Notes: a model not told the origin generated them from the sequence alone. Shown: positions 1 through 12,117, numbered from the stretch's first letter. The stretch is DNA of 51,430 bases from Gemmatimonadota bacterium (GCA_031372565.1 JANMLN010000018.1:1-51430), one strand, 5' to 3'. Made by a program: numbers and translations.

Positions 1-25
1 GGTCCTTCGCTTCGCTCAGGACGAC
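1..25 (-). repeat. REP-like hairpin repeat copy (GTCGTCCTGAGCGAAGCGAAGGACC), possibly cut by the window edge
   Basis: Reverse complement matches the copy at 16634 except for the GAA/GCA loop. It contains the TGA stop (16-18) of the adjacent gene. Confidence 0.85.
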
Positions 26-534
26 ATCGCTGACGACGGGTGCAGGGTGAACTCCCCCGCCCGGTGCCGCCCCTGCAACTCCACGTACGCCTCGGCGTTC
101 TTCCGCACGCGCTCGCGCATCGCCGCGTCCACCGGCTTCACCACCTTCGCTGGCACCCCCAGCACCATGCTCCCCGGCGGCACGATCATCCCCTCGGGCA
201 CCACCGCGCCCGCACCGATCACGCTGCCACTCCCGATCACGGCACGATTGAGAATGATGGCGCCCATCCCGATCAGGCAGTCGTCCTCGATCATCGCCCC
301 GTGCACGATCGCGCGATGCCCGATCGTCACGCGCGCGCCGATCGACACCGGGATGCCGAGGTCCACGTGGAGGATGGCGCCGTCCTGCACGTTCGAATCG
401 GCGCCGATCACGATCACGTCGCCGTCACCGCGGAGGACCGCCGTCGGCCAGACGGAGACGCGGGCGCCGAGGGTCACGTCGCCGATGACGATGGCTGCTT
501 GGTGGATGAAGGAGGTGGGATGGAAATAGGGCAT
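16..534 (-). CDS. Gamma carbonic anhydrase family (hexapeptide repeat) protein
   Basis: IGDVTLG..SVWPTAVLRGD, SNVQDGAILH, IGHRAIVHGA, CLIGMGA. Start moved to ATG 534 (MPYFHP). Confidence 0.9.
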   Translation of the reverse strand: MPYFHPTSFIHQAAIVIGDVTLGARVSVWPTAVLRGDGDVIVIGADSNVQDGAILHVDLGIPVSIGARVTIGHRAIVHGAMIEDDCLIGMGAIILNRAVIGSGSVIGAGAVVPEGMIVPPGSMVLGVPAKVVKPVDAAMRERVRKNAEAYVELQGRHRAGEFTLHPSSAMSS

Positions 535-567
535 GGGGGGGGAGTGGTCCGGTTTGGAGAAGGTCAA

Positions 568-774
568 GTGCGGGGGGGGAGACACAGAGCACACCGAGAC
601 GGACAGAGAACTACGGGAAATTGGGGCGGCGCCGACGGGACGAACCAACAAAAAAATCCTGCACCGAGCGCCAGCCCCGCGACGCGCGAGGCGCGCAAAG
701 GCGCCGTCACGCGCCGGACGCGCCGCCAAGACCTCTGTGAGCCTCCGTGTGCTCTGTGTCTCCCACCCCCGCAC
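568..774. repeat. About 42-bp imperfect inverted repeat (568-608 / 733-774) around a 124-bp core; MITE- or REPIN-like
   Basis: GTGCGGGGGGGGAGACACAGAGCACACCGAGACGGACAGAG versus the reverse complement of the right arm, GTGCGGGGGTGGGAGACACAGAGCACACGGAGGCTCACAGAG. Confidence 0.7.
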
Positions 775-802
775 TCCTCGACTGTGCTCCGATCACCTCC
801 GC

Positions 803-2731
803 TCACCTCCGAGCAACCCGCGCACGGAAGAACCCCTCCACCCCCTCCGCAATCCCCGCCGCATACGCCGCCTGGAACGTCGGCTCGCGCAGCGCCGACT
901 CGTGGTCGGGCCGCATGATGTACGCCCCCTCGCACAGCACCGCCGGGAACCACGGATTCCGCGCCACCGCGAGGTTCTGGTAGAGCACCCCTTCGTCCTT
1001 GAGCCCGAGGTTCACCACCAACCGCCGCTGCACGAGTCCCGCGAGCGGCGCCGAGTGCGGGAAGTAGTGGTAGGTGCCCGTGCCGCGATTGACGAACGGA
1101 TTCGCGCCGTCGGGCAGCGCATTGAGGTGAATGCTCACGAAGGCGTGCACGTTCTGTTGACGCGCGAGCGGCGCGCGATCGCCCAGCGGCACCGGCCCGG
1201 CGGTCGTGCGCGTCATGAACACGCGCGCGCCGCGTGCCTCCAGCGCCGCCTTGAGCTGCTCGCCCACCATGAGGGTCGCGTCACCCTCGTACAGCCCCGT
1301 GGGACCGGTTGAGCCGATCGGCGGATGCCCCGGATCGACCGCGATCGTCAGCCCGCGCAACGGCTGCTCCGCGTCCACCGCCGGCCACCGCCGAATGCGC
1401 AGCACGAGCGCCGTGCCGCTCCACAGCACCTGATACCCGTAGGGATCGTCGTGCAGGTCGATCACGATGCGCGTTCGGTCGCTCGCGGGCTGCTCGTAGC
1501 GCACCGACTTGAGGAGCGCGTCTCCGGCGGGCACGATCACGTTCTCGCTGGCTCCGACCGTTGCGTACAACGTGAGGACGAGCTGACGCCCGTCCTCGGT
1601 GACCAGGTACGGTGGTCGGTCGCCGGTCGGCACGGTGACATCCACCCAGTCGGCCTGTGCACGCGCGCGAATCACCCCGGTCGCGCGCCGCGGCAGCACG
1701 CTTCCACTCGGCAGCGGCGTGATGTCGGCATCATCGACCCACGCGTCGAGCTGCCGATCGAGCCGCACGCGCACCGCCGAGCCGTTTCGCCCCGTGATCG
1801 GGACCACGGTGCCTGGAAAGAGCAGCCACCGATACGTCCCTCCGGCGGTCGGTCGCGCCACCACGACGGCATCCGTGTCGCCCCCGACCCCTGGCGCCGC
1901 CTTGAGGGCGCCAAGCGGAAACTCCTCGTCATTCACCACGCGTACCGTCGCGAGCGGCACGGTCACGGTGTCCGCGCCTCGGCTCGCCACCAGCCGCGCC
2001 TTGGCCGACGCCAGCGCGCGGGCCGGAACGTCGGCAGCCCAGGCGGTGGAATCGCCGTTCGCGAGGCCGCGCAACTGCGCTTTCGCGAATCCGTTCCGCA
2101 GCGGGTAGAGCGTCCCGGCAGAATCGCGCACGACGACCACCGCGTTTGACGGGGCGCGCACACGCACCGCCACCGGCTCCGTTGCGGTGAGCTGCAGCGT
2201 GCCGCGCGGGCTGGCCGAGCCCGCGTCGATCTCGAGCCTGCCGGTGTTCACGAGCTCCACGCGCGGTGCGGGAATGCGGACGCTCAGCAGCAGCCGCGCC
2301 GTGTCCGCCCCGAGCACCGCCACGAGCCGATAACTCGCGATCGGATTCCCCGTGCGGGTCGGCGTCCCCGGCGGCACCGGCAGCCACCCGATGAAGGCGC
2401 CATTCGGCTCGACGGTGACCGGCTGATCGTTGATGGTGAGCTGCGCATCGCCGTGCCCCACCGACCCGAAGAGGAAGTTCGAGTCGCGGGCCGTGAGCTG
2501 CTGATTCTGGTTCGGGTACGTCACCCGCAGCGACAACGGCCCGGTCACCCGCGGAATCGGCGGCAGCGGGGGGGGCACGAGCGGCACCTCCTCGACCTTG
2601 GGCTCCGGCGCGCGCACGACCCCGCGGGAGGGGCTCACCGGTGTGGGCGTGCCCCCGGGAGCAGGCGCGCCGCCGGCGCAGGCGGTCACAAAAGTGACCA
2701 ATCCGATTCCGTACCGTCCCCAGAGGTGCAT
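803..2731 (-). CDS. N-acetylmuramoyl-L-alanine amidase (Amidase_3), probable lipoprotein with N-terminal beta/SH3/AMIN-like domains
   Basis: AVDPGH, LYEGD, FVSIHLNA and PAVLCEGAY zinc-amidase motifs; lipobox-like VTAC. Start is ATG 2731 or 2734. Confidence 0.9.
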   Translation of the reverse strand: MHLWGRYGIGLVTFVTACAGGAPAPGGTPTPVSPSRGVVRAPEPKVEEVPLVPPPLPPIPRVTGPLSLRVTYPNQNQQLTARDSNFLFGSVGHGDAQLTINDQPVTVEPNGAFIGWLPVPPGTPTRTGNPIASYRLVAVLGADTARLLLSVRIPAPRVELVNTGRLEIDAGSASPRGTLQLTATEPVAVRVRAPSNAVVVVRDSAGTLYPLRNGFAKAQLRGLANGDSTAWAADVPARALASAKARLVASRGADTVTVPLATVRVVNDEEFPLGALKAAPGVGGDTDAVVVARPTAGGTYRWLLFPGTVVPITGRNGSAVRVRLDRQLDAWVDDADITPLPSGSVLPRRATGVIRARAQADWVDVTVPTGDRPPYLVTEDGRQLVLTLYATVGASENVIVPAGDALLKSVRYEQPASDRTRIVIDLHDDPYGYQVLWSGTALVLRIRRWPAVDAEQPLRGLTIAVDPGHPPIGSTGPTGLYEGDATLMVGEQLKAALEARGARVFMTRTTAGPVPLGDRAPLARQQNVHAFVSIHLNALPDGANPFVNRGTGTYHYFPHSAPLAGLVQRRLVVNLGLKDEGVLYQNLAVARNPWFPAVLCEGAYIMRPDHESALREPTFQAAYAAGIAEGVEGFFRARVARR

Positions 2732-2737
2732 CATGTC

Positions 2738-2743
2738 ATTCTA
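2738..2743 (-). promoter_or_regulatory. -10 hexamer TAGAAT 6 nt upstream of amidase ATG 2731 (probable leaderless start)
   Basis: Minus strand reads TAGAAT-gacatg-ATG. Confidence 0.55.
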
Positions 2744-2813
2744 CAGCGCTGACGGGTCGTCAGCCACGCACGGGGATTCCAAGCGGTAGCCTCCGGTCCC
2801 GCACGGACTTGCG

Positions 2814-2842
2814 TTGCCGCCCTCCGGCCCGATTCCTATATT
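2814..2842 (+). promoter_or_regulatory. Sigma70-type promoter for the FHA-kinase operon
   Basis: TTGCCG (2814-2819), 17 nt, TATATT (2837-2842). Confidence 0.6.
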
Positions 2843-2888
2843 CGCCCCATCCGCTCGATCGTCCTGCTGCCCCGAGACCACCACGCAT

Positions 2889-3937
2889 TTGACCTGTGCC
2901 TTCTGCGGCGCTCAGAATGAGGCCGATGCGAAGCACTGCCAGGACTGCGGCAAGCCGCTGAGTCCGAGCGGCGCGCGCGTGATGTCGGCGTTGCGCGGCG
3001 TATCGCCATCAAGCGGGGCGCAGGTCCAGTCGGCCGCGCCGAGTCGCCCGTCGGGCGCGATGCTCGCCTGCCCGACGTGCGCGCGGCTGATCGGCGCGAC
3101 GCTCCCCTTCTGTCCGCTCTGCGGAAAGCCGACGTCGTTCAACGTCGCCACGGGGCCGTCGTGCAAGGTGTGCGGCTCGGGCTACCGCATGGGGGACAAG
3201 TTCTGCGCGCGCTGCGGGACCAAGACCGATGCGGCCATCGACGCGGCCGGCAGCGTGGGCGGGTCGACGGCCACGTTCAGCGCGCGCTCCTCGGTGACCG
3301 GTCCGAAGCTCTCGCTCCTGGCCGAAGATGGCGAGGTGATGCAGACCTTCACCCTCGACCGACCCGAGACCTCGCTCGGGCGCAACGACGGCGATATCCG
3401 CTTCTCCGAGGATGTCTTCCTGTCGCCGCTGCACGCGCAGATCTCGCATCGCGACGGCAAGCTGTTCGTCCGCGACCTGGGTTCGCGCAATGCCACCTGG
3501 TGCTTCATCGACGCGCCGCATCGCCTCATGGACGGCGACGTGATGCTCGTGGGGTCGCAGCTCCTGCGGTTCCGCCGACTCGGGTACCCGGGCCCGCATC
3601 CGCCAGAAGCGGACCAGACGCGCCGACTGGGCTCGCTCATTCCGAACGCGGACGTGGCCGTGCTCGCGCAGCTGCGCGGCGACGGCTCCGTGCGTGACAC
3701 GTTGCACCTCTCGCCGGGACGCAACGTGCGCATCGGGCGCGAGAATGGCGACTGGGTGTTTCCGTACGATCAGACCATGAGCGGCCGGCACGCGGAAGTG
3801 AATTCGCAGGACTCCGACTTCTACGTGCAGGACGCCGGGAGCCGCAACGGCGTGGCCGTGGCGGTGCGCGGCGAGCGGCAGATCAACAAGGGGAGCCGCA
3901 TCCTCCTTGGCGACCAGATGCTCCGCGTGGAAAGTCT

Positions 3938-3941
<4 letters not shown>
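2889..3941 (+). CDS. Zinc-ribbon plus tandem FHA domain protein
   Basis: Three CxxC...CxxC ribbons, then two FHA domains (LGR..SPLHA..DLGSRN; IGR..SGRHA..DAGSRNG). TTG 2889 chosen because the ORF-track start lies in the -35 box. Confidence 0.85.
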
Positions 3942-5665
<1,724 letters not shown>

Positions 5666-5848
5666 GGCCGGCGCAGATGCGCTCCGGGTCCGACGCACGG
5701 TGCGCGGCCGCTGAAACCTGCGGCGGGCGCGCAACGAACGGGAAGCCGTTGGCGCCGCATTTCGTGACCCACGTCCTTCCGTCCCGCGATTCCGTGTGGC
5801 AGCTTTGCGCCATCTGACCGTTTTCCACCCTCGCCCCCGAACCTCCTT

Positions 5849-7072
5849 GTGACCCTCCCGGACGCGGCAACGCCCGGCAGTGGCCCCGACAGCGACATCG
5901 TCGTGCACGTCTTCGGACGCACGGATGTCGGGCGCACGCGCGAGCACAACGAGGACGCGTTCGTGGTGGCCGACCTGACCACGAACAACGCGACGCTCCA
6001 GCCCGAGGTGCGCACGCATCGGTTGGGAGAGCGTGGCACGATGTTCATGGTCGCCGACGGCATGGGCGGCGCCGCCGCGGGCGAGATCGCATCCGCCATG
6101 GCCACCGAGGTGGTGCTGGCCGAGATGCGCAGGCGGTGGATGGATGGGTCCGACCTCAGTGCCGACGGGTTCGCCAGCGCGATCAAGGGATCGACGGAGA
6201 CCGCGAACACGCGGATCCACCAGTACGCGCTCGAGCACCCGGAGCACCGCGGCATGGGGACCACGGCGACCATCGCCGGCATCCTTGGCGACGCATTGTA
6301 CGTCTCGCAGGTGGGCGACTCGCGGGCCTACCTCGTGCGTGATGGCGTGGCGAGCCAGATCACCAAGGATCAGTCGCTGATCCAGAAGTTGGTCGAGGCG
6401 GGCGAGCTCACCCCCGAAGAGGCGGAACAGAGCGAGCGCCGCAACATCATCCTGCAAGCGCTGGGACCCGAGGCCAACATCAAGGTTGACCTCACGGTCC
6501 AGCAGATCCGCAAGGGTGATACGCTCGTCCTGTGCTCGGATGGCCTGTCGGGTCAGGTGCGGACGGAGGAGATCGCCGACTGCGTGAACCATCAGCCGGA
6601 CTTGGTGCAGCTCTGCAAGCAGTTGATCGACATGGCGAACACGGCGGGCGGACCGGACAACATCACCGTCGTCGCGGCGCGGTTCGAGGGCGCGGGGCTG
6701 GGGCGCGTCACGGACGGCGATGACGTGGGACACCGCAACTACCGGTTCAGTGGCGAGGCCCGGCCGACCATGCCGCTCGGCGCAGACCAACTGCCGCCCA
6801 ACGCCACCTCGGAAGTCCGCGTCCCGACGGTTCGCGTTGACCCGTCGGCGGTCACGCCACCCACCGGCTCGGCCATCATCGGCGGCGGAATGTCGGAAGA
6901 GGAGGCGAACCGCCCCACGCCTCGCGCGACGCCGGCACTCAACAAGCTCGACCTGGGCACGGTGAGCGCGATGCCCAAGGAGGCCGGCGGTCTCGGGATG
7001 ATGACCTGGGTCGGAATCGCGGCCGCGATCGCGATCGCCCTCGCGGCCTGGTCGTTCCTCTCGGGCAAGTAG
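5849..7072 (+). CDS. PP2C/Stp1-type Ser/Thr phosphatase with C-terminal membrane anchor
   Basis: GRTREHNED, VADGMGG, MGTT, VGDSRAY, LCSDGL, GGPDNIT; hydrophobic C-terminal helix. Confidence 0.95.
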   Translation: MTLPDAATPGSGPDSDIVVHVFGRTDVGRTREHNEDAFVVADLTTNNATLQPEVRTHRLGERGTMFMVADGMGGAAAGEIASAMATEVVLAEMRRRWMDGSDLSADGFASAIKGSTETANTRIHQYALEHPEHRGMGTTATIAGILGDALYVSQVGDSRAYLVRDGVASQITKDQSLIQKLVEAGELTPEEAEQSERRNIILQALGPEANIKVDLTVQQIRKGDTLVLCSDGLSGQVRTEEIADCVNHQPDLVQLCKQLIDMANTAGGPDNITVVAARFEGAGLGRVTDGDDVGHRNYRFSGEARPTMPLGADQLPPNATSEVRVPTVRVDPSAVTPPTGSAIIGGGMSEEEANRPTPRATPALNKLDLGTVSAMPKEAGGLGMMTWVGIAAAIAIALAAWSFLSGK

Positions 7073-7073
7073 C

Positions 7074-8552
7074 GTGGCGCTCGCGCTCACGGTGCGCACG
7101 GGCGCGCTCGCGGGGCGCACGTTCACCTTCGAGCATGCGATGATCTCGGTCGGGCGCGCCCCCGGCTCCGACCTCACCTTCGACGCGCAACGCGACATCG
7201 ACGTCTCGGGGAAGCACGCCGAGATCGTGGTGATCGGTTCGCGCGTGGTGATGCGCGACTTGGGGAGCACGAACGGTACGTGGATCAACGGCGTGCGCCT
7301 CGAGAGCGACAGCGAGATCTACGACGGCGACGTGATCGCATTTGGCGAGCACGGGCCGCAGGTCGTCGTCGCGGAGACCGGCCGGGCGCGGCCGGGGCGC
7401 GCAGGCGCCAGTGCGTCCGCACCCATGGCGCCGGCCACCCGCGTGTCGAACAGCGTGAAGGCACCAACGCCGTCGGTCGAGACGCCGCGCGCGTCCGCGC
7501 CGGTTGCGACGCCACCTCTCGCGCCGCCGACCGCACTGCCGACTCCGGCCGCGCCACCACCGCGCAGCACGCAGATGCGCATTGACGCGGCGGTCGAGAA
7601 GAGCACCAAGAAGCTGCAGTACACGATGATCGGCATCGCCACGGTGCTCGGACTCGGTGCGGTCGGCGCCTACGCCTACGGCAAGCGGCAGTCGGACGAG
7701 GCGATTCGAGCGCTGCAGGCGCAGGTCGATTCGTCCAAGTCGGCCTACGCGACCGCGATCACGGCAGCGGCGGGCAAGGCGGGCGGCTTCGATACCGTGC
7801 TCGCGCGCTACCAGGGCGAGATCGAGCGGCTGCGCGAGCAGATCAGCGTGGGCGGCAGCGGGGCGCGCGTCGAACAGCTGAAGCTGCAGCTCGACGAACA
7901 GCGGCGACGCGGCCAGCTCGTGATGGATGCCGCGAAGGTCGACTTCAGCGCCATCAACGAGCGGAGCGGCAAGGCGGTCGCCCTGCTCATTGTCGAAATG
8001 CCCGATGGCTCACGCTCGGCGGCCACCGGCTTCTGCGTGAGCGAGAAGGGGATCATCGTCACCAACCGGCACGCCGTGCGCGACGCGGCCAGCACCTCGC
8101 CCTCGCGGATCGCCGTGCTCTTCAACGAGACACAGGGCTGGTTGCCCGCGCATCTCGTGCGCACGAACGACGGCGAGGATGATCTGGCCGTACTGCAGAT
8201 CGACCGGCCCGGACCGTTTCCGGTGGTCGCAGGCATCGCGGGCAGCGGCGATGAGGTGAAGGTCGGTCAGCCGGTGGCGCTCATCGGCTTTCCCCTCGGC
8301 ACGGATCTCGCGCAGGAAGGGACGGGCACGAAGATTCGCGCGTCCGCGTCGCTGGGTGTCGGCACGGTGAGCAAGGTGCTCGGGCGGCTGGTCCAGATCG
8401 ATGCCTTCGCGACGCACGGGTCGAGCGGCAGTCCGGTGCTGGACGCCCGCGGCTTCGTGGTCGGCGTGGTGTATGGCGGGCCGACGGAAGCCGCAGGGCG
8501 CATCGTCTACGCGGTGCCGGCGGCGCGGCTGAACGCGGAGCTGGCGAAGTAG
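7074..8552 (+). CDS. FHA - transmembrane - coiled coil - trypsin-like serine protease
   Basis: VGR..SGKHA..DLGSTNGT (FHA); TM IGIATVLGLGAVGAYAY; catalytic triad TNRHAV, DDLAVL, GSSGSP; no PDZ. Confidence 0.9.
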   Translation: MALALTVRTGALAGRTFTFEHAMISVGRAPGSDLTFDAQRDIDVSGKHAEIVVIGSRVVMRDLGSTNGTWINGVRLESDSEIYDGDVIAFGEHGPQVVVAETGRARPGRAGASASAPMAPATRVSNSVKAPTPSVETPRASAPVATPPLAPPTALPTPAAPPPRSTQMRIDAAVEKSTKKLQYTMIGIATVLGLGAVGAYAYGKRQSDEAIRALQAQVDSSKSAYATAITAAAGKAGGFDTVLARYQGEIERLREQISVGGSGARVEQLKLQLDEQRRRGQLVMDAAKVDFSAINERSGKAVALLIVEMPDGSRSAATGFCVSEKGIIVTNRHAVRDAASTSPSRIAVLFNETQGWLPAHLVRTNDGEDDLAVLQIDRPGPFPVVAGIAGSGDEVKVGQPVALIGFPLGTDLAQEGTGTKIRASASLGVGTVSKVLGRLVQIDAFATHGSSGSPVLDARGFVVGVVYGGPTEAAGRIVYAVPAARLNAELAK

Positions 8553-8558
8553 CCAGCG

Positions 8559-10028
8559 CTACCGCCCGCGTCGCAACACCAACCACCGCGCGGCGGCCGC
8601 CTGCATGCCGGCCTCGCCACCCCACGCCGACGCAATGCACAGGTCGCCGGGAATCGCGCGCGCCCAGCGTGGATCACCGAACTGGAAGATCATCGCCTCG
8701 CGGTTGGCCTTGCGCGCTGCAAGGCTCAACTGGTCGATGCGCTGCAACGTGGCTTCCGTGTAGCCGGTACGTCCCTTGCCCGCGCGCACCTCGCCATAGA
8801 GCGCAATCACGAAGGTCGAGCGCGCACTCGGCGTCGGACCGTCGACCGGCCGCGCCTGCACCCCCAGTTCGCGCAGCGTGGTGAACAGCGGCTCGCGGCT
8901 CGGCCGGTCGGTGGCATCGGCGTCGTCGTCCACGACGACGATCTCCACGGGCGCGCGCACGAGCGGCGGCATGCCGCGCCCGATGTGAATCACCCGGTCG
9001 GTGAGCTGCGTCCCCCACTGGATGTCCGACGTGCTCGGCTTCCGGAAGTCATCGGGCGACGATGCCCACTGCGCCCACTTCCGACGGCGCCGGAGTGAGC
9101 GCTGCACGGCGGCCGCGTCCAGCACGTGTTCGTCGAGCGCCTGTGCGAGTGCCGCCAGCGTGCCATCGAGATCGCGCGGCGCGAGCAACAGGTCACAGCC
9201 CGCGGTCGCGGCCATCACCGCCGCTTCGCCCTCGGTGGCACCGTCGAGCACGGCGGCCATGCCCAGTGCGTCGCTCACGACGAGTCCGTCGTATCCGAAC
9301 GCCGTGCGCAACATCCCGCTCAGCAGGTCCTTGCTGCACGTGGCGGGCGCACCACTCGGATCGAGTTTCGGGTAGGCGACATGCGCGGTCATGAGCGCCG
9401 CGACTCCGCCGTCCATCGCTGCGCGAAACGGCATCAAGTCGCTGTCGCGCAGCTCTTCCTCTGTCGCGTCCACGCGCGGCAGCATCAGGTGCGAATCCAC
9501 TGTGGCGCGCCCATGCCCCGGAAAGTGCTTGGCCGTGGCCAGCACCCCTTCGCTCTGACATGCCTCGATCCAGATGCGGACCGTCTGCGACACCGCGACC
9601 GGATCGCTGCCCGCCGAGCGCGTACCGACGATCGGATTCTCGGGAGACAGGTCCAGGTCTGCCACGGGGCCGAGCACCCAGTTCACGCCGAGCGTGCGGG
9701 CCTCCTTGGCCGTGAGGCGCGCCGCACGGCGGATGGCATCGGCATCGCCGAGCGACGCCAGCGCACCCAACGGCGGCAGCCCGGTGCATCCGATGAACTG
9801 CTGCCCGGCGCCGCGCTCCAGGTCACTCGCAATGAGCAGCGGCGTCTTGCTGCGCTTTCGCAGGTCGCGCGTGAGCGTCCGCAGCGGGTCGGGCTCACCA
9901 CCGTAGATGATGAACCCGCCCACGCCGAGGCTCAAGGCGCGGTCGATCAGCGCCTTGTCGGCGGCATAGCCGGTGCCATCGCGCCAGTGCACGGCAACGA
10001 CGAGGAGTTCCGCGAGCTGGACGTTCAT
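8559..10028 (-). CDS. nagZ: Beta-N-acetylglucosaminidase (GH3)
   Basis: SDLERG, GPVADL, KHFPGHG..VDSH, MTAHV, SDALGM; next to anmK and murQ. Start ATG 10028. Confidence 0.9.
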   Translation of the reverse strand: MNVQLAELLVVAVHWRDGTGYAADKALIDRALSLGVGGFIIYGGEPDPLRTLTRDLRKRSKTPLLIASDLERGAGQQFIGCTGLPPLGALASLGDADAIRRAARLTAKEARTLGVNWVLGPVADLDLSPENPIVGTRSAGSDPVAVSQTVRIWIEACQSEGVLATAKHFPGHGRATVDSHLMLPRVDATEEELRDSDLMPFRAAMDGGVAALMTAHVAYPKLDPSGAPATCSKDLLSGMLRTAFGYDGLVVSDALGMAAVLDGATEGEAAVMAATAGCDLLLAPRDLDGTLAALAQALDEHVLDAAAVQRSLRRRRKWAQWASSPDDFRKPSTSDIQWGTQLTDRVIHIGRGMPPLVRAPVEIVVVDDDADATDRPSREPLFTTLRELGVQARPVDGPTPSARSTFVIALYGEVRAGKGRTGYTEATLQRIDQLSLAARKANREAMIFQFGDPRWARAIPGDLCIASAWGGEAGMQAAAARWLVLRRGR

Positions 10029-10057
10029 GCCGTGATCACGAGGAAGGATCGGGGAGG

Positions 10058-11194
10058 TCACGCTGGCGTGAACGCGCCGAGCACGCGCGGGCCGCGGGCG
10101 CCGGTGGCACCCGGCACGTTGCCCGGTCGTCGCTGGAGGTGCAGCCATCCCATCAGGGCAAACGCGACCGCTTCCTTCGCTTCGCCGTCGAAGAACAGCT
10201 CGTCGAAGCTCCGCAACCGACGCGGCGCCAACGCCTGCGCGAGCGCATCCATCATGGCCGGATTGCGCGTGCCGCCGCCGGAGGGAATCACCTCATCCAC
10301 GGGCTCGGGCACGAACCGCTCGAAGGCGAGTGCGATGGAGCGTGCCGTGAGGGCGACCGCGGTCGCGACCACGTCGGCGGCGGTGCATCCCGCGCGCGCC
10401 GCCATGCAGTCGTCCCAGAGCGCCTCGGCGTAGGCCGCACCAAAGCGCTCGCGTCCCGTGGTCTTCGGCGGGGCTTCGGCAAACCACGGGTCTGCGAGGC
10501 GGCTCACGACCGCGCTGTCGACGACCATGCCAGCCCGCGCCATCGTGCCGTCGACGTCGAACGGCAGCTCGGGCCGCGCGCGGCGCGCAATGAGGTCGAC
10601 GATCGCCATCCCCGGCCCCGTGTCGAGCGCGCGCACCGACTCCATGACGCCGCCCGGCGGCACCACGGTGAAGTTGGCCATGCCACCGAGGTTCTGCAGG
10701 GCGCGCCAGGTGGTCGGGTGACTGAACAGCAGCGCATCGGCAATCGGCACCAGCGGGGCGCCCTCACCGCCGGCGGCCATATCGCGCACCCGGAAGTCGT
10801 TGATGACATCCACGCCGGTGCGCTCCGCGATCACGGCGGCGTTCCCGATCTGCCATGTGGCAACGCGCGGCTCGTGCCAGATCGTCTGTCCATGGGAGCA
10901 GATGGCGCCGATGTCAGCGCGCGCCACGCCGGCCTCCGCGACCGCCGAGATGGCCGCCTGCGCGAGCCGTTCACCCATGGAGAAGTCGAGCGCCGTGAGC
11001 TGCGCCAGCGTCGCACGCCCCGACATCGCATGCTCCAGCTCACCGCGCTCGGCAGCCGTGTACGCGCGCTGCGTGAAGCCGATGAGCTGCGCAGCGAGCG
11101 GCGGCTCGCTGAAGCGCACCACGGCCGCGCTGATGCCGTCGAGGCTGGTGCCGGACATGAGGCCGACCATGACCGACTTGGGCGACGCGGTCAT
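10058..11194 (-). CDS. anmK: Anhydro-N-acetylmuramic acid kinase
   Basis: GLMSGTSLDG, SHGQTIWH, DMAAGGEGAPLVP, NLGGMAN, KTTGRE, KEAVAFA. ATGA overlap with murQ. Confidence 0.95.
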   Translation of the reverse strand: MTASPKSVMVGLMSGTSLDGISAAVVRFSEPPLAAQLIGFTQRAYTAAERGELEHAMSGRATLAQLTALDFSMGERLAQAAISAVAEAGVARADIGAICSHGQTIWHEPRVATWQIGNAAVIAERTGVDVINDFRVRDMAAGGEGAPLVPIADALLFSHPTTWRALQNLGGMANFTVVPPGGVMESVRALDTGPGMAIVDLIARRARPELPFDVDGTMARAGMVVDSAVVSRLADPWFAEAPPKTTGRERFGAAYAEALWDDCMAARAGCTAADVVATAVALTARSIALAFERFVPEPVDEVIPSGGGTRNPAMMDALAQALAPRRLRSFDELFFDGEAKEAVAFALMGWLHLQRRPGNVPGATGARGPRVLGAFTPA

Positions 11195-12117
11195 GTGGAG
11201 GCGACCGGCGGCGGCGCCTGCCCGGTGACCCGGCGCACCACGCCGCCGCCGTGGGCAATGGCGGCGTCGGCCGCGCTCGCATCCAGCGCGAGTGCGTGCA
11301 TCACGATGGCGCGCTTGACCATGCCGTCCGCGCGCGCGAGCAGGGCGCGCGCCGCGTCGCGATCGAGCGCGCAGACTTCCATCACGATCCGTTCGCTCCG
11401 GTCGGTCAGCTTCGCGTTGGAGGCCTTGAGGTCGACCATCAGGTTGCCGAACGTCTTGCCGATGCGGATCATCGCGCCGGTGGTGATCATGTTGAGCACC
11501 AGCTTGGTGGCCGTACCGGCCTTGAGGCGCGTCGAGCCCGTCACGACCTCGGGACCGGTCACGGGCACGATGGCGACGTCCACGGCGTCGATCATGTCGG
11601 GCGGCGGCGGCGTGCAGGCCACGAGCCCGGTTCGTGCGCCGCGCGCGCGCGCGCGAACCAGTGCTCCGCGAACGAACGGGGTGGTGCCACTCGCGGCGAT
11701 GCCGATGAGGACATCGTGCGCCGTGAGTCCTGCCGCATCGATGGCGGCGGCGCCGTCCTCGGGCCGATCTTCTGCGCCCTCCTGTGACCGCGTGAGCGCG
11801 GCCATCCCGCCGGCAATGATCCCCTGCACCATCTCGGGCTCGACACCGAAGGTGGGCGGACACTCGCTCGCGTCGAGCACGCCGAGTCGTCCGCTGGTGC
11901 CGGCCCCTGCGTAGAACAACCGACCACCCGCGCGAAACGCCGCTTCGACCAGCTCGATGGCCCTCGCCACGCCCGCACGCTGTGAGGCGACGGCCGTCGG
12001 CACGGTCGCGTCTTCGGCACAGATGAGATCGACAATCTCGAGCGGAGAGGCCAGATCGATGGCGGCCGTGCGCGGATTGCGATGTTCGGTGATGCGGGGA
12101 TCGCGCGCGAGAGGCAC
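11191..12117 (-). CDS. murQ: N-acetylmuramic acid 6-phosphate etherase
   Basis: TEHRNP, GAGTSGRLGVLDASECPPTF, GPEVVTGSTRLKAGTATK, GNLMVD. Confidence 0.97.
   Translation of the reverse strand: MPLARDPRITEHRNPRTAAIDLASPLEIVDLICAEDATVPTAVASQRAGVARAIELVEAAFRAGGRLFYAGAGTSGRLGVLDASECPPTFGVEPEMVQGIIAGGMAALTRSQEGAEDRPEDGAAAIDAAGLTAHDVLIGIAASGTTPFVRGALVRARARGARTGLVACTPPPPDMIDAVDVAIVPVTGPEVVTGSTRLKAGTATKLVLNMITTGAMIRIGKTFGNLMVDLKASNAKLTDRSERIVMEVCALDRDAARALLARADGMVKRAIVMHALALDASAADAAIAHGGGVVRRVTGQAPPPVAST

Noticed and set aside
640..690. Minus-strand T7 tract as the amidase terminator
   Set aside because: No convincing stem directly upstream of the tract.
5666..5848. Sigma54 promoter or ncRNA between kinase and phosphatase
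   Set aside because: TGGCGC..TTTCG lacks the GC at -12, and I could not recognise any RNA structure.
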